The notes beneath the pieces are model-generated. The model saw only the letters and a list, made by a program, of their open reading frames with translations, had not been told where the DNA came from and did no database searches. From assembly GCA_050084985.1 (NCBI GenBank), contig JBITNC010000001.1, forward strand, positions 186,062,001-186,126,000: a stretch of DNA of 64,000 bases. Reading direction: 5' to 3'. This document shows positions 13,485 through 26,149 of this stretch, one piece after another. The position numbers were made by a program, and so were the translations under genes. This DNA is from Nageia nagi. Taxonomy: Eukaryota; Plantae; Pinophyta. Numbering within the stretch: position 1 is the first letter of the stretch; every line of letters starts with the position of its first letter.

Positions 13485-15821
13485 AAACCCTAACCTAAAA
13501 TGCAATGAATTGGAAGTGGTGTTGAACCTAATGAATTCATTGTTTCTTAGCATCATTCTCACTTTTGTCAACTCAACTCTGTACAAGAGGTCTTTTCCTC
13601 CAATTTTATTATATTTTTATTTTCACACAAATGTTGCTATGAAAAAATGTTTCTCACACATGAGGGAATGAAATTTACAAGAATATTTTAATTTTATAAA
13701 TGAATGTTTGAGTTCAATTAAGATATATCTTAAATTTAGTTTATATTTTTTATGATGGATTTTTTTATAGCTTTAAACTAACATAAAAATCCTTTTTGGT
13801 GTAGTACATTATCATAAAATGTTGATCGATTATGAATGATACAACACTAGCATTCATATAATTTACCCAAATAATAAATTCATGTTATGTAAAAAATGAT
13901 GTAATACCCACCTAGTATAATGTTATCATCATAATTGAAAAATCAATGAAAATGATTTATGCAATTTCAATGTAATATATAAATATTTCTTTGTCATATA
14001 CAATGATGTACCTAAGGTAGTATCACTCAATTAGAGTTTCAACTATGTAACCAAAATTTAACTCTAAGTTTATGTTATATGAACATAACAATGAAACTAG
14101 CAGCTTAATCTAAAATATTATATAGTGAATACATAAAAAAGATATATGAACTTAAACATGATCAGAAGTCAAATAACATGCTTAAATCCCAATCAATTTA
14201 ACCTTAGATGATAAATTCCTAATATGTTAGAATTATGACTTAGTTATTTACTCAAGCCAAACAAACATTTGAGCACTTAGTTTATAAAGGAATGTGTCTA
14301 TGATTACAACAAATAGGTCTTTTTGACTTGTTACAATACAATGAGTAAATTCTAATAGATTTTGTAATACACATTTTATTTTATGGTTTCTAAATTAGAT
14401 TACATAATAATATAAGGAAAAAATAGGGTATAGAAAGATGCATGATATATTGGTATCAATATTTCAAAACTATGGTGTATATGCTAGATGTAGTCAACTA
14501 AAATTTGTTGATATGGATGCCTTTAATTTGATTCCTCTTTTGACTAGCTCCCATACTAGAACACCATGGATCTAAAACTAGCCCCTAACAATGATGGTTA
14601 GAAAGAAATAAACAAAATAGTGGTGAAGAAGACCAATTTCATACCTTCATGATGAATACATTGATAACCATAATAGCTTGTTAGAGCATAAAATATAAAC
14701 AAACTAGACTTGAACATGATTTAAATTGCACCAAAGATGTTAGGAAATTGACCATTTCATGCATAAGCATGCAAATCGATAACCATGAAGCCTTCCAATT
14801 CTTTTTGGATTTGATTAGATTTTGTTGGCCTTAGAATTTTAATGGGTAAAGCACTATTGACCAAATCAATCACAACAAAAACACATGAAAAGAAAATGAG
14901 GAGGGATTTATTTTGGCTCTAGATACTTAGGCTTCAAGTATTTAATTAATACTACCTTCAAATAGTGTAGGTTTGGTAAAATAGACTTAGGGATCTAAAT
15001 ATTAAGGAACCAAAACTTAATCTTCAAGTACTATCAATGGACATAAATTACATAAAAAATTATTTGTCAAATAATTTGAAATCTAATAATTACCTTGAAT
15101 TTCTAACAAGAAATAGATAAAATTTTAATTTATTTATTTATTCAAACTTATTGAAATGGTGAAGCATGCCCATAATCTTGCTTCAACTAAGGCAAATAAA
15201 TATACCCATAAGCTATCTAAAGCAAACAACCTAGGTGATCATATGAAGCTTTGGGTACAAAATGAATAAAGCCCCTATACCCTCTTTCGTAGCCATATTT
15301 TTTAATTGTTAGAATTTATTTCTAGGCATGTATGAATTTGAAACACTCTTCTCCTATAAGATATTAAAAATATATACCAATAGTTCAACTTGATATTAAA
15401 AATGCCCCTTTTAAGCGCTCAAGTTCCACATACTATTTCTTAAGAGTAACTCCTCAATTAAAATAAATAAACCATTGTAAATACTATAAAACTATTAAAT
15501 CATAAAAAAATATGTTATATTTCAAATTGGAATATCTATTAATAAAATTTATTAACTAAATTAAGCAACCACATTTTAAGAAGTTATAATTTAATGTTTC
15601 CACTCAATATAGTTTGAATCAAGAACCAATTTAACATAAAAGCACTTCAAACCTTATGAATGGATTGCTTTTATATCTAATCTATGCAAGGATTACAATA
15701 TTATTTTTTTAGATCGATAACCTTCCAAAGGATTCATATCTTGTGTCTTCACAAGCTTTATTTATATCGACATGAGAGACATTCTACGCTACATTCTGAA
15801 CTGAAGTAAAGATGTAGGAGT

Positions 15822-16190
15822 TTATTTGCAGTTGATAAAGGTGGCCGATATTGGTTCGATAGGTAGCCTAAGAACATGTTGAGGGAATTGCTCGTACTGA
15901 GTGAATCTGGCTATTCCACCTGCTTTCAAAATGGGTTTGCCCTCGTTTGGCATCACCACCTGCGAAGAAATTGGTCCACCGTTAACGGACTGGAGTAACA
16001 GCTTCAGCCTCACGTCCCTGGCATCGCAGGATTTGCAGTTATTCACCACTTCAATATCATAATAATCTTGGCTACCACTCACGCTTAATAACGTAGCCTT
16101 AATGTCTGTAATTTGGCATTCCGCCCAGGCTGACACAATCATACCTAATACTATCATAAAAACTACCAAAAAATTTCGCCCGGACTCCAT
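15822..16190 (-). CDS. Secreted cysteine-rich TPD1-like (TAPETUM DETERMINANT 1 family) protein, copy 1, 122 aa, intronless
   Basis: ATG at 16190 (the ORF track extends it to an upstream TTG). Hydrophobic signal peptide MESGRNFLVVFMIVLGMIVSAWA|EC. Motifs C-x3-DI, YDIEVVNNCKSC, NEGKPI-x3-GG-x3-F-x2-Y and a terminal S-x5-C follow the TPD1-family pattern recalled from memory (no search run). TATA-like box 48 bp upstream; CpGs retained. Confidence 0.85.
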   Translation of the reverse strand: MESGRNFLVVFMIVLGMIVSAWAECQITDIKATLLSVSGSQDYYDIEVVNNCKSCDARDVRLKLLLQSVNGGPISSQVVMPNEGKPILKAGGIARFTQYEQFPQHVLRLPIEPISATFINCK

Positions 16191-16237
16191 GTCGACAACA
16201 CTAGCTCTACGTTCTTTCAATTTTCATGTAGTATGCT

Positions 16238-16245
16238 TTTAAATA
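16238..16245 (-). promoter_or_regulatory. TATA-like box of copy 1
   Basis: cTATTTAAAag on the minus strand, 48 bp from the ATG; same spacing in all three copies. Confidence 0.6.
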
Positions 16246-17469
16246 GGAGCAAGTGGTCGCTGGTTATTCCAACCAGCCGATTTGATTTGGAGTTGGCCCT
16301 GTTATCCGGGACGATGTTTGTCCATAGAATCTCCATCATGGCAATGATGAGATACGAAATGCCGTTTTGGGCTGAAGGCAATCTGAACGAATCATACAAG
16401 TTAAAGATAAATGCTAATATTAGATTAAGAAAAAGTTGCTGCTTGTCATAGAGGATAAAGCTGGGATGCCAATCGTCGACGTTTTGTTTATAGCAATCCA
16501 GAGTTTTCCTATTTGGAAATTAACAGGCATTGAGCAGGAGTAGATTTGACAATCCGAAACGTTACTTAAGAAATTGATAACAGTTACTAATTTTTATTGA
16601 CTGTCAAAAACGTTTTACAACACCTTTCAGCTCACAGAATTTTACATTCTAAAATTATTAAGATAAAGTTTACTATTTAGAAAAAAATGAAATCCTAAAA
16701 GGGTTGATGCTTCACTTAAAAAAATGAATTGTGTTCTTATTCATCTTCCTATTAATTTCTTAATTATTTTGAAATAAGGAATTATTTATAATATTGCAAT
16801 GGTAGAAGAGTTATAATCCTATAAAATTAAGGGAGGGTTATTAGATGTAATCAACTGAGAAATTTTATGAAAAGCATAAAGGAAGGAAGTACCCCATGGT
16901 ACCCCACACTAAATCTAAGGAGAAAATAAAGATACAACATGGAGATACAACTCAAAAAAATTTGATGAATGAACCAAAGCATGCAAATGAGGAGAAAGAA
17001 ACACATGAAGAAAGGGATATCTAACCCAAGGATCTAATTGAGAAGAGTTTTGATGATTTATTTTCCATGATGAACATTATTGAAAATTAGATGTAGTTAT
17101 GGAATTGACAATTAGAAGGGAGAAATAGGAGAGGGATGTAGGTCCTAGAGTAAGCCCTATGACTCCCCATACATAAAGATATGCCTCTATTTGGGAGAAG
17201 GAACCAAGAGGAAAAATGTCCTTACATAGATCTTGTTAGAGAGATCCTAGAGAGGAGGAAGATTTCTTGCATAGATATAGAGGTTTAGGGCTTAACCAAG
17301 AAGGCCAAAGGTTTGAGAAGAAAGAACCTATTTTTCAAATATCCAAATAGCTTAGAATGATAAACAATGGAGGGAATTACTTTTTCAAAACTAGATATAC
17401 TAGATATCTATTATTTTGTGAACTAATGCATAGGGTATGGAAGGAATGGTTATAGTACATTCATTAGTA

Positions 17470-19049
17470 TTTTTTTAGGCTAAAATTTTTAGGTTAAAAT
17501 TTTTAGGTTAGACAAATTTTTAGGTTAGAAAAATTTTTAGGTTAGAAAAAGTTTTTAGTTTAGAAAAATTTCTAGGTTAGAAAACTTTTTAGGTTAGAAA
17601 AACTTTTAGGTTAATAATTTTTAGGTTAATAATTTTAGATTAATAATTTTTAGGTTAATAGTTTTTAGGTTAATAATTTTAAGGTTAATACTTTTAAGGT
17701 TAATAATTTTTAGGTTAGAAAAATTTTTTTAGGTTAGAAAAATTTTTAGGTTACAAAATTTTTTAGGTTAGAGAAATTTTTAGGTTAGAAAAATTTTTAG
17801 ATTAAAATTTTTAGATTAGAAAAATTTTTTTAGGTTAGAAAAATTTTCAGGTTAAAATTGTTAGGTTAAAATTTTTAGGTTAAAATTTATAGGTTAATAA
17901 TTTTTAGGTTAGAAAAATTTTTAGGTTGGAAAAAGTTTTAGGTTAGAAAAATTTTTTAGGTTAGAAAATTTGTTAGGTTGGAAAAAATTTTAGGTTAGAA
18001 AAATTTTTAGCTTTACAAAAATGTTTAGGTTTACAAAAACTTGTTTAGGTTTATAAAAATTTTTAAGTTCGCAAAAATTTTTAGGTTTACAAAATGTTTT
18101 TAGGTTTACAAAAATTTTGAAGTTTACAAAAATGTTTTAGGCTTACAAAAATTTTTTAGGCTTACAAAAGTTTTTAGGTTTACAAAATTTTTTTAGGTTT
18201 ACAAAAATTTTTAGGTTTACAAAAATTTTTAGGTGTACAACATTTTTTTTAGGTTTACAAAAACTTTTAGGTTTACAAAAATTTTTAGGTTTACAAAAAT
18301 TTTTGTAGGTTTACAAAAATTTCTAGGTTTACAAAAATTTTTAGGTTTACAAATTTTTTTTTAGGTTTACAAAAATTTTTAGGTTTATAAAAACTTTTAG
18401 GTTTACAAAAAAATTTTTAGGTTTAAAAAAATTTTAGGTTTACAAAAATTTTTAGGTTTACAAAAAGTTTTTTAGGTTTACAAAAATTTTTAGGTTTACA
18501 AAAAGTTTTTTAGGTTTACAAAAATTTTTAGGTTTACAAAAATTTTTAGGTTAATAATTTTTAAGGTTAATAATTTTTAGGTTAGTAATTTTTTTTAGGT
18601 TAATCATTTTTTTAGGTTAATAATTTTTTAGGTTAATAATTCTTTAAGTTAATAATTTTTAGGTTAATAATTTTTTAGGTTAATAATTTTTATGTTAATA
18701 ATTTATTTAGGTTAATAATTTTTTAGGTTAATAATTTTAAAGTTAATAATTTTTAGGTTAATAATTTTTTTAGGTTAATACTTTTTTTAGGTTAATAATT
18801 TTTTAGGTTAATAATTTTTAGGTTAATAATTTTTTAGGTTAATAATTTTCAGGTTAATAAGTTTTAGGTTAATAATTTTTAGGTAAATAAATTTTTAGGT
18901 TAATAAATTTTAGGTTAATAATTTTTAGGTTAATAATTTTTTAGGTTAATTATTTTTAGGTTAATAAATTTTAGGTTAATAATTTTTAGGTAAATAAATT
19001 TTTAGGTTAATAATTTTTAGGTTAATAATTTTTTAGGTTAATAATTTTT
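17470..19049 (+). repeat. Minisatellite with TTTTTAGGTT core and 14-18 bp variants
   Basis: Blocks of TTTTTAGGTTAGAAAAA, TTTTTAGGTTAATAA, TTTTTAGGTTTACAAAAA and TTTTTAGGTTAAAA. Confidence 0.97.
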
Positions 19050-19485
19050 GCAAGTATCAATTGTAGCATTGGAGAGACATCTTTAAAAAAATGGACAACA
19101 CATCATGTAAAACCAAAAAAGCTTATTTATTTCAAATGAAAAATCATAAGCTTATTCAAAATCTCTTATTCCAAAACATATTTCGAGCTAGAAGCTCTAC
19201 TCAACTAGACTATGAGAAATGTAAGAGAGTGATCTCCATCCAAGTATAAATAAGCTCAACTCCATAAAAAATCTTAAAGTAGGGTTTATAAAAATAGAAA
19301 ATACCCTTAATTGAGTTATAACAAGTAGGTGGGGGAGCAAAAACTAAAGCAAGTATTAACTAACTAAAGTTTTAAATGTATGGTTAAAATTAATTAAAAA
19401 TTTGGAAAAAATAATTTTTACCAAATTAATAATTAATTTTTAAAGGTTATGAATAATTTGCATAAGAACTTAAAAAGTTTAAAGA

Positions 19486-19695
19486 TTAGGGTTTTAGGGT
19501 TAAGGTTTTAGGGTTAGGGTTTTAGGGTTAGGGTTTTAGGGTTAGGGTTTTAGTGTTAGGGTTTTAGGGTTAGGGTTTAAGGGTTAGGGTTTTTGGATTA
19601 GGGTTTTAGGAATAGAGTTTGAGGATTAGGGTTTTAGGATTAGGGTTTTTAAGATTAGGGTTTTAGGATTAGGGTTTAAGGATTAGGGTTTTAGG
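19486..19695 (+). repeat. Interstitial telomere-like tract (TTTTAGGGTTAGGG)n decaying to (TTTTAGGATTAGGG)n
   Basis: Direct reading of ~210 bp of alternating TTTTAGGG and TTAGGG. Confidence 0.92.
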
Positions 19696-19821
19696 ATAAA
19701 CCTAAAACTTTTAACCTAAAAAAATACTAATGAATGTAGTATAACAATTCCTTGCATACCCTAATGGTTATAAAAATTTGGGATCATTAAGATTAATTTT
19801 AATTCCCTAATGGTTATAAAA

Positions 19822-22280
19822 AGTCATAGGCTTTGATGGAAATTTTGGGCATGTGTTATGCTCCTTTCATCTCCTTAATTATGGCATATTCCCATTCATC
19901 TATTCTCATTTGAATATAACTCCACTCTTAAGCCTTGTTGAATTTGGGGTAGCCCATGTAAATATTTACCTTTCTATTGAATGATATTTTTAATACTATG
20001 GGACCTTGATCAATTATTTCCTTTAAGTAATAAAAATACTATAGGACATATAAAAGAAGGATCTTATCTTCTTCACTTCTTTAAGCTACTCAATCATACC
20101 ATCACTGACAACCTAACTCTAGCATATGTTATGTCCTTTGTTGACTTTATACAAGAAACCAAACAAATTATTCTTAAAATAAATTTTAATATATTTACCC
20201 AAAATCATGCATAAGAAGCTAGTGGCTTTGTTTGAGGTATCATGGGATAAGCACCTTTGGGCTTTCATTACAACTTGATGGGCTAGGCCATGATGTTTTG
20301 GATTTAACAAAGACCAGATGAAGTCATTAGGCCTATATTTGCTATTATATTCTTCATACTTCCAATCATCATCCTCTTGAGTGAAAATAATCCCTTGATT
20401 TTACAAACCCATAGCTTTCTCAACACCCTCTTTTGTGAAGTATGCAATAATTATTCCTTCTACATTAGTGACCACTTGCCTTGTGAAATCAATATGCTCT
20501 GCTACTTCCAAAACCACCAATAGAAAGATTACCAAAAATGGGATAACTACAGTTGAAAGAGTGTTAAATATTTAAGGACATATTTTTCTCTAACTTTCTT
20601 TGAAATCCCCTTTGTATCCCTCAGCATAAAAACTAGGTTGGTATGATTCCATTTGGGGTCTCTTATATTCTCTAGCCTATCATAGTAATAGACTATTTGT
20701 TTAACTCTTCCATCCTTCTTCAATTCCACAAAATTGATCTTGGGAAGCTAAGAGTAACCACCAAATTCCTTCTTTTACTTGGTCATCCTAAAAATAACAA
20801 AGGTCAAATTTAGCCATCAGTTCAAGACAAGGTAAAATGAGTACAATTTTATCAAAATTTCATTTTTTTAAATTATTATTTTTTCTTCGATCACATTGAG
20901 TTATAAACATAGGTGGGTGCAGCTATCAAATTTTAGCTACTTCACTTTAGGTATGATCTTGTCATGATGTGACAATTGAAGGCCTTATTCATATTGATTT
21001 GACGTTCAAGATGATGTGATAATGAAATATTTTGATCAATTTTACATTTTTTGTCCTTAGTTACTTTGAGTTTTTATATAACATGATGTGTCAAGAACCA
21101 TACATGATCGCTATGAAATTAGTCTCAACTTGATGTGATAGAACAATTAGCAAATTTTCATTCTTGTTTGCTATGAGTTTGAAAGAAAGTTAATGCAACC
21201 AAAAGAAACTATGATCACTTCTAGTTAATGATCAATCTGATGTGATGAATCTATGCCTTATTCATTTCAACTAAATGTGTAATGCAATGTGATAAAGTAA
21301 ACAAATTGAAGTTTGATCTTGTTTAGTCCATTACAAACCTATTTACTAATATTAGCTCAAAGAAGATGAAGAAGTGGGTGCAATAATAAAACTCAAAAAG
21401 TCACTTTGACTTGATGTTTGGCTTAGTTTGGTAGTGGTCACACTCACTAGGAACTAAACATAATGTGACATCAAGAATATCTTAATCTATCTAAGTTAAC
21501 TGCCAACACACTCCAACAGAATCATAATCAAGGTACTAAGTGAAAAATGAGGGGTGGACCTAACTATTTATAGAAAATGATGAAATAGAGGGATACATGG
21601 AAAGAATTAGATAACATTTCCCTAGATCAAATGGCTGAAAAATAATGGATGAAGTGGTGTTGGTCAAGGTGAGTAGAATTTATACTCAATGCAATTGGTT
21701 GAAGTGTTGGTCACTTTGAGAAGGTATTAAACTTGATGTGACAGTAAAAAATGCATAGTCAGGGTCAAGTAGATATCAATATCAATGTGAGCAAAGGAAA
21801 AAAATGTGAAATTCAAAATTCAATATTTTTCATGTAGTTTTCAAAAATGAAGACTATTTTATTTTCAAATCATGAAGAAAACTAACTTTCACATTTTGAT
21901 GTCCTAAATGAGAACTTCACCTCAAAAGAAAGATTTTGATGCTCATCATTCAATGATTAAGTAGGACCAAGTTTCACTCTTGTCTACTGTAGGTGCTTAC
22001 AATCAAGCTCAGAGGATGATATTCAATGGTATCATGAAATTCATTTCAATGTTAATGTTTAGAATATGTTCTTACCTATGAGGTGAAAGATGCTACCCAA
22101 CAGTCCAAACTCTTTTAATGATAAAAGATGTGATCTTGATGAACTTTTTATTTTTGGATTTTTGATAATTTATTTTTTAGGTATTTTTGTTTAAGTAGCA
22201 TAAATGATAAAATATTTTCTAGATACCTAAATTGAGGAAAAGGTTGAACAAAATTATTGATCAAAAATTGGGTTGTAACA
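19822..22280. mobile_element. Same retroelement fragment, left-truncated (unit 2)
   Basis: Matches ~1103-3563. Confidence 0.45.
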
Positions 22281-23700
22281 ATATCTAAAGGTGATGAAGA
22301 GCTAGATAAGAAAAAAAATATTGAAGTAAATAATGTCCTTTTAAAGGATGATATGCTACTAGAATAAGGTGATTTAAATATAGGTAAAAAAAATAGAGAA
22401 GAAACAAGAAGTTAAAAAATTAGTGATTAGAGAAGAGTTAGACCAATAAGGGAAGATTTCATAAATAAAATCCACAATTGTTGAAGAGATGGTCAGAGAT
22501 TTTATGTATAAGGAATTAATCCAAGGGGATTAAGGATCCAAAAATAATAAAAATTTATACACAATATGTTTCATAAAATAAATTCATTTCAAGTATCCTT
22601 TACCAAAGAGGATAGATAATCACAAGTCTCAAGATAATAGTAGATGTGCAAATAGGAGATAAGAAGGTGGGAAACACATATTTAAGAGAAAATTACATAA
22701 AGGAGATATAAAAGAAATACAATAAGGAAATGATCTTATAATAATATAATGGAATGCTAGGGAAATGAATTCCCATAACTACAATAGGTTTTAAAGAATA
22801 CTGAGAAAGAAATATCGACCAAGAATAATATTTAATTTGATAATATATTACTAAGTACAAACTAGAAAAGCATTCAAAATAATCCTTGATTTGGAATAAG
22901 GGTAATATTTGTCATTGGGGATCTACAAATTTTTCAAGAAGATTGTTAACCTCATGGAATTATGAACAATTAGAACAAAAAATCATTCTAATGAATGAAA
23001 TTATTTATTTATTTATTTTTTATAATTAATTTTTTGAAGTTGCAATAATTTTTTTTTTGGAGAATATATAAATGGTAGAAGAGATAAAAAAATATAAAAT
23101 TTGAGAATAGTTAGAGGGAGAATATATTAATAACAAAAATATTTTAAAGTTTTAAAAATGATTGTAGTATTAGAATAAAAAGAGTAGTCAATATATACTA
23201 TTCAATAGGATATTTCCCAAATAAATGGAAATAATAACTCCGAAGATGATCAAAGGAGTGTTATAAAGTGGAAACAACCTAAAGGGTGGCTGAAAATTAA
23301 TGTTAATAGGGCATATAAAGGTAAAATTGAAAATTTTAGAGGAGGATAAATATTAAGGGGTAGAGAGTAAATGTTATAAAGAGAAATGATTGGCTAGCTT
23401 GGGAACTGGACTAACTATTAAGAAAAGGGTAGAGCAACAATTAAGATGATGTTGCATATGGGAACTAGAAAGATTATTTTAGAGGCTAGTTCACATAATA
23501 TTGTTACTAGACTAAATAACATGATGGGAATTAACTAGAATTTAAACAAAATTACCTAAGACACACTGACACATCTAATATATCTAGCTAACTATAAGGT
23601 TGTATATGTTTATATATAAGGCAATAAAGTGGTGGACTAGCTGACAAAATTGATTACATTTAGAGAAGATGATAACATATGAATACCTCTAATTTAGTTT
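22281..23700 (+). mobile_element. LINE RNase H-containing remnant (unit 2)
   Basis: Paralog of 3564-5000. Confidence 0.8.
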
Positions 23701-24405
23701 TATCTTAGTATATTACAATTTATGGTAGTTGAAATGTATAATTCAATAAGCTTAGTAATAGACCAATAAATCCAACTTAAAGTATGTGTATATCTAGACA
23801 TGCATTATACATTCTAAAAATCTTTGTGATTTTTTTTAAGGAGGTATAGATATTTTTTAATATCTAATGAACTATATTATAAAAATATGAATTAATTTTA
23901 AGAATATATATAATAATATATGCTTATAAAAGGACTCAATCCCTTTTAAAAATATGTTTTTATCAATATATTTAAAAAAAAAACTAAAGTACTTTAAATG
24001 AAAAATATTAATAGTTTATCGTATTAAATAGAAAATAGAGGTGAATACTACTAACAATTTCAATCCAATATAGGAGTTGTTATAACTATTGAAAATCTTT
24101 ATAATTTTATACAAATTCACTATAAAAATTATCGCGCATAGAGTTCAGTATTTACAATCTTAAATAGTAACTTTATTTATTTTTCTTATAATTTACATCT
24201 TTAAAGATTTGCAAAAAAATAACTCAAGCTATACATTAACCTTAGTAAAAGAAGATTCACTATAATGGTTATAGTTTCTTACAAGTTGTTAGAATCCATT
24301 AGTAGAAAAACAATACTAGGATATTGTTCTATCAAGATTAAAATATTAGATGATCTCATTCATGTTATTACAAGAAGTTGAACAATCAAAATGTAAAGTA
24401 CACAT

Positions 24406-24553
<148 letters not shown>

Positions 24554-26149
24554 ATTGATTAATTTGGTAAATTTTGTATTAATAGAAAAGGTGGATTTTT
24601 GAGAAGTCATCCTAAACTTTGAACATAAATATCATAGGTTAACATTCCACAAAAAAAATTAAACAAGATAGGCACTAGCTTTTGGTGCTACACACAAGAC
24701 CAGTTCTAACCTTTACACAAAAGGTGAGATTATCTACAAGAATAACTAGAAACTAATAAATAAGTAAGGTACTACTAAAGAATGAAATGGAGATTGTAAT
24801 GATGCTTGGAGAAGTTGACATATTGTGCATGAAAAAATTATTTCCTAAATGAAGAGTTCTCTCTAATGGTCTCATAAGTTGGGTAAGGTGCACCTATATA
24901 CTGCATCACCTCTATGAGCATTCTATTGTGGATTAACTTAGCCACTAGCATTTTAACCATTTTTACCTTTATCTTTGATCTTTTCTTGATTAGGATTATA
25001 ATTAGTTTATTCCATGAGGACACTATATCTACCTCTTCATCTATACTTTGTTCTAGTTTGTTAATCATACCATGGGGCAATTCAACTTCTTTTGGTTTCC
25101 TTACATATCCACTTCACATATTTAATTCAGTATCTATTGTGTTCATTTCTTGATCTAGGTTTGATTGAAGATTTTCATAATCACTTTATTTCACATCAAA
25201 CTTCACTAGAGACTTTGTAGGACTATCATTCAATTTCAATTTTGCTGCATTCCATGGATCATTAATATTTAGACAAACTTAAAATTTATCTAAATTGATT
25301 GTATTGAAATGTTCTTTTATTACACTCTTCATAAATGAACTCTATTTTCCTTTACCTAAATTTCTAATCTTGAAGGGTTTCAGAGTTGAGCAATCCTCCA
25401 AATTGATTAATGTTAGAGATAAATCTTGATTACCCTTAGGGGTTTGAGCTTTCTTTTTTTTTATGGAATTTCCAAAATTATTGCCTTTTTAAGTTCAACA
25501 TTTTGTGCCCTAGTTCTAGAAGCAATGAATGCAAGCTTTTCTTTCTAAGAAGCATTGGTAGACTTCTTAGAATAAGTAACCCTTGATTCAATAATTACCA
25601 TGATTGAGATAAGGATGGTAGGCATATCCTTAGCATCAAGCTGACTTTTAAAGGACATAGGTATTTTGGGAGATTTCCATTTAGATTCATCAAATAAAAC
25701 TATCTTATTAGCAACTTTCTAATTTACAGCCTTCGTGGAAGATAGCTTACCTATGGCAACATATAATTTGGATTGAATCTACTTTAAATATGCAACTATG
25801 ATGTAATGGTGTAGTGTTAAGGTCTCTTAGTCTTCCTTTATGATATCACAAGTTATAATACCATATCCAAGAGAGAAAACAATACTTATGTATAGGGGTA
25901 ATAAAGGAAGTGATAAAACTTGAAGTGCTATTAGAGGCCAATCAAGGTTTCCTACATAGTAGGTTATAAGACTCCCCATTATATATACACAGATATAGAA
26001 TCCTTAGAAGTTTACCTTAAACTTTAATTTATTAGAAATACAATTATTCCATATAAGATAACATAAATGGTCCACAAAATCAAAATTTTACCCTAAACTT
26101 TAGGGTTATAGGCATAGTGTATTACATTTCTAGGAAGACTGTAGCTAAA

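Larger units (their letters stand above)
1023..17430. repeat. Segmental duplication unit 1 (rearranged: ~6.6-kb deletion at ~10275, inversion at 11500-16697)
   Basis: 1023-10277 is colinear with 43848-53160; 10291-11499 with 31640-32880; 11500-16697 is the reverse complement of 33833-38980; 16727-17430 matches 39346-40049. Confidence 0.92.
17431..19763. other. Junction block bracketed by ~65-bp inverted repeats (17431-~17495 and ~19698-19763)
   Basis: Left arm tagggtatggaaggaatggttatagtacattcattagtatttttttaggc matches the reverse complement of the right arm acctaaaaaaatactaatgaatgtagtataacaattccttgcatacccta. Confidence 0.9.

Noticed and set aside
16217-16451. 60-aa and 72-aa ORFs overlapping the promoter (also 62154-62388)
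   Set aside because: No recognisable domain. Open frames are expected in this GC-richer island, and conservation only reflects the duplication.
17470-19049. CRISPR-like array
   Set aside because: Repeats are contiguous with no unique spacers, there are no cas genes, and the context is eukaryotic.
19486-19695. Functional telomere
   Set aside because: Short, degenerate, internal and duplicated.
17431-19763. Bona fide TIR DNA transposon or MITE
   Set aside because: No TSD or transposase seen, the flanks do not rejoin into an empty site, and the arms derive from the local PPR relic. Kept only as an alternative.
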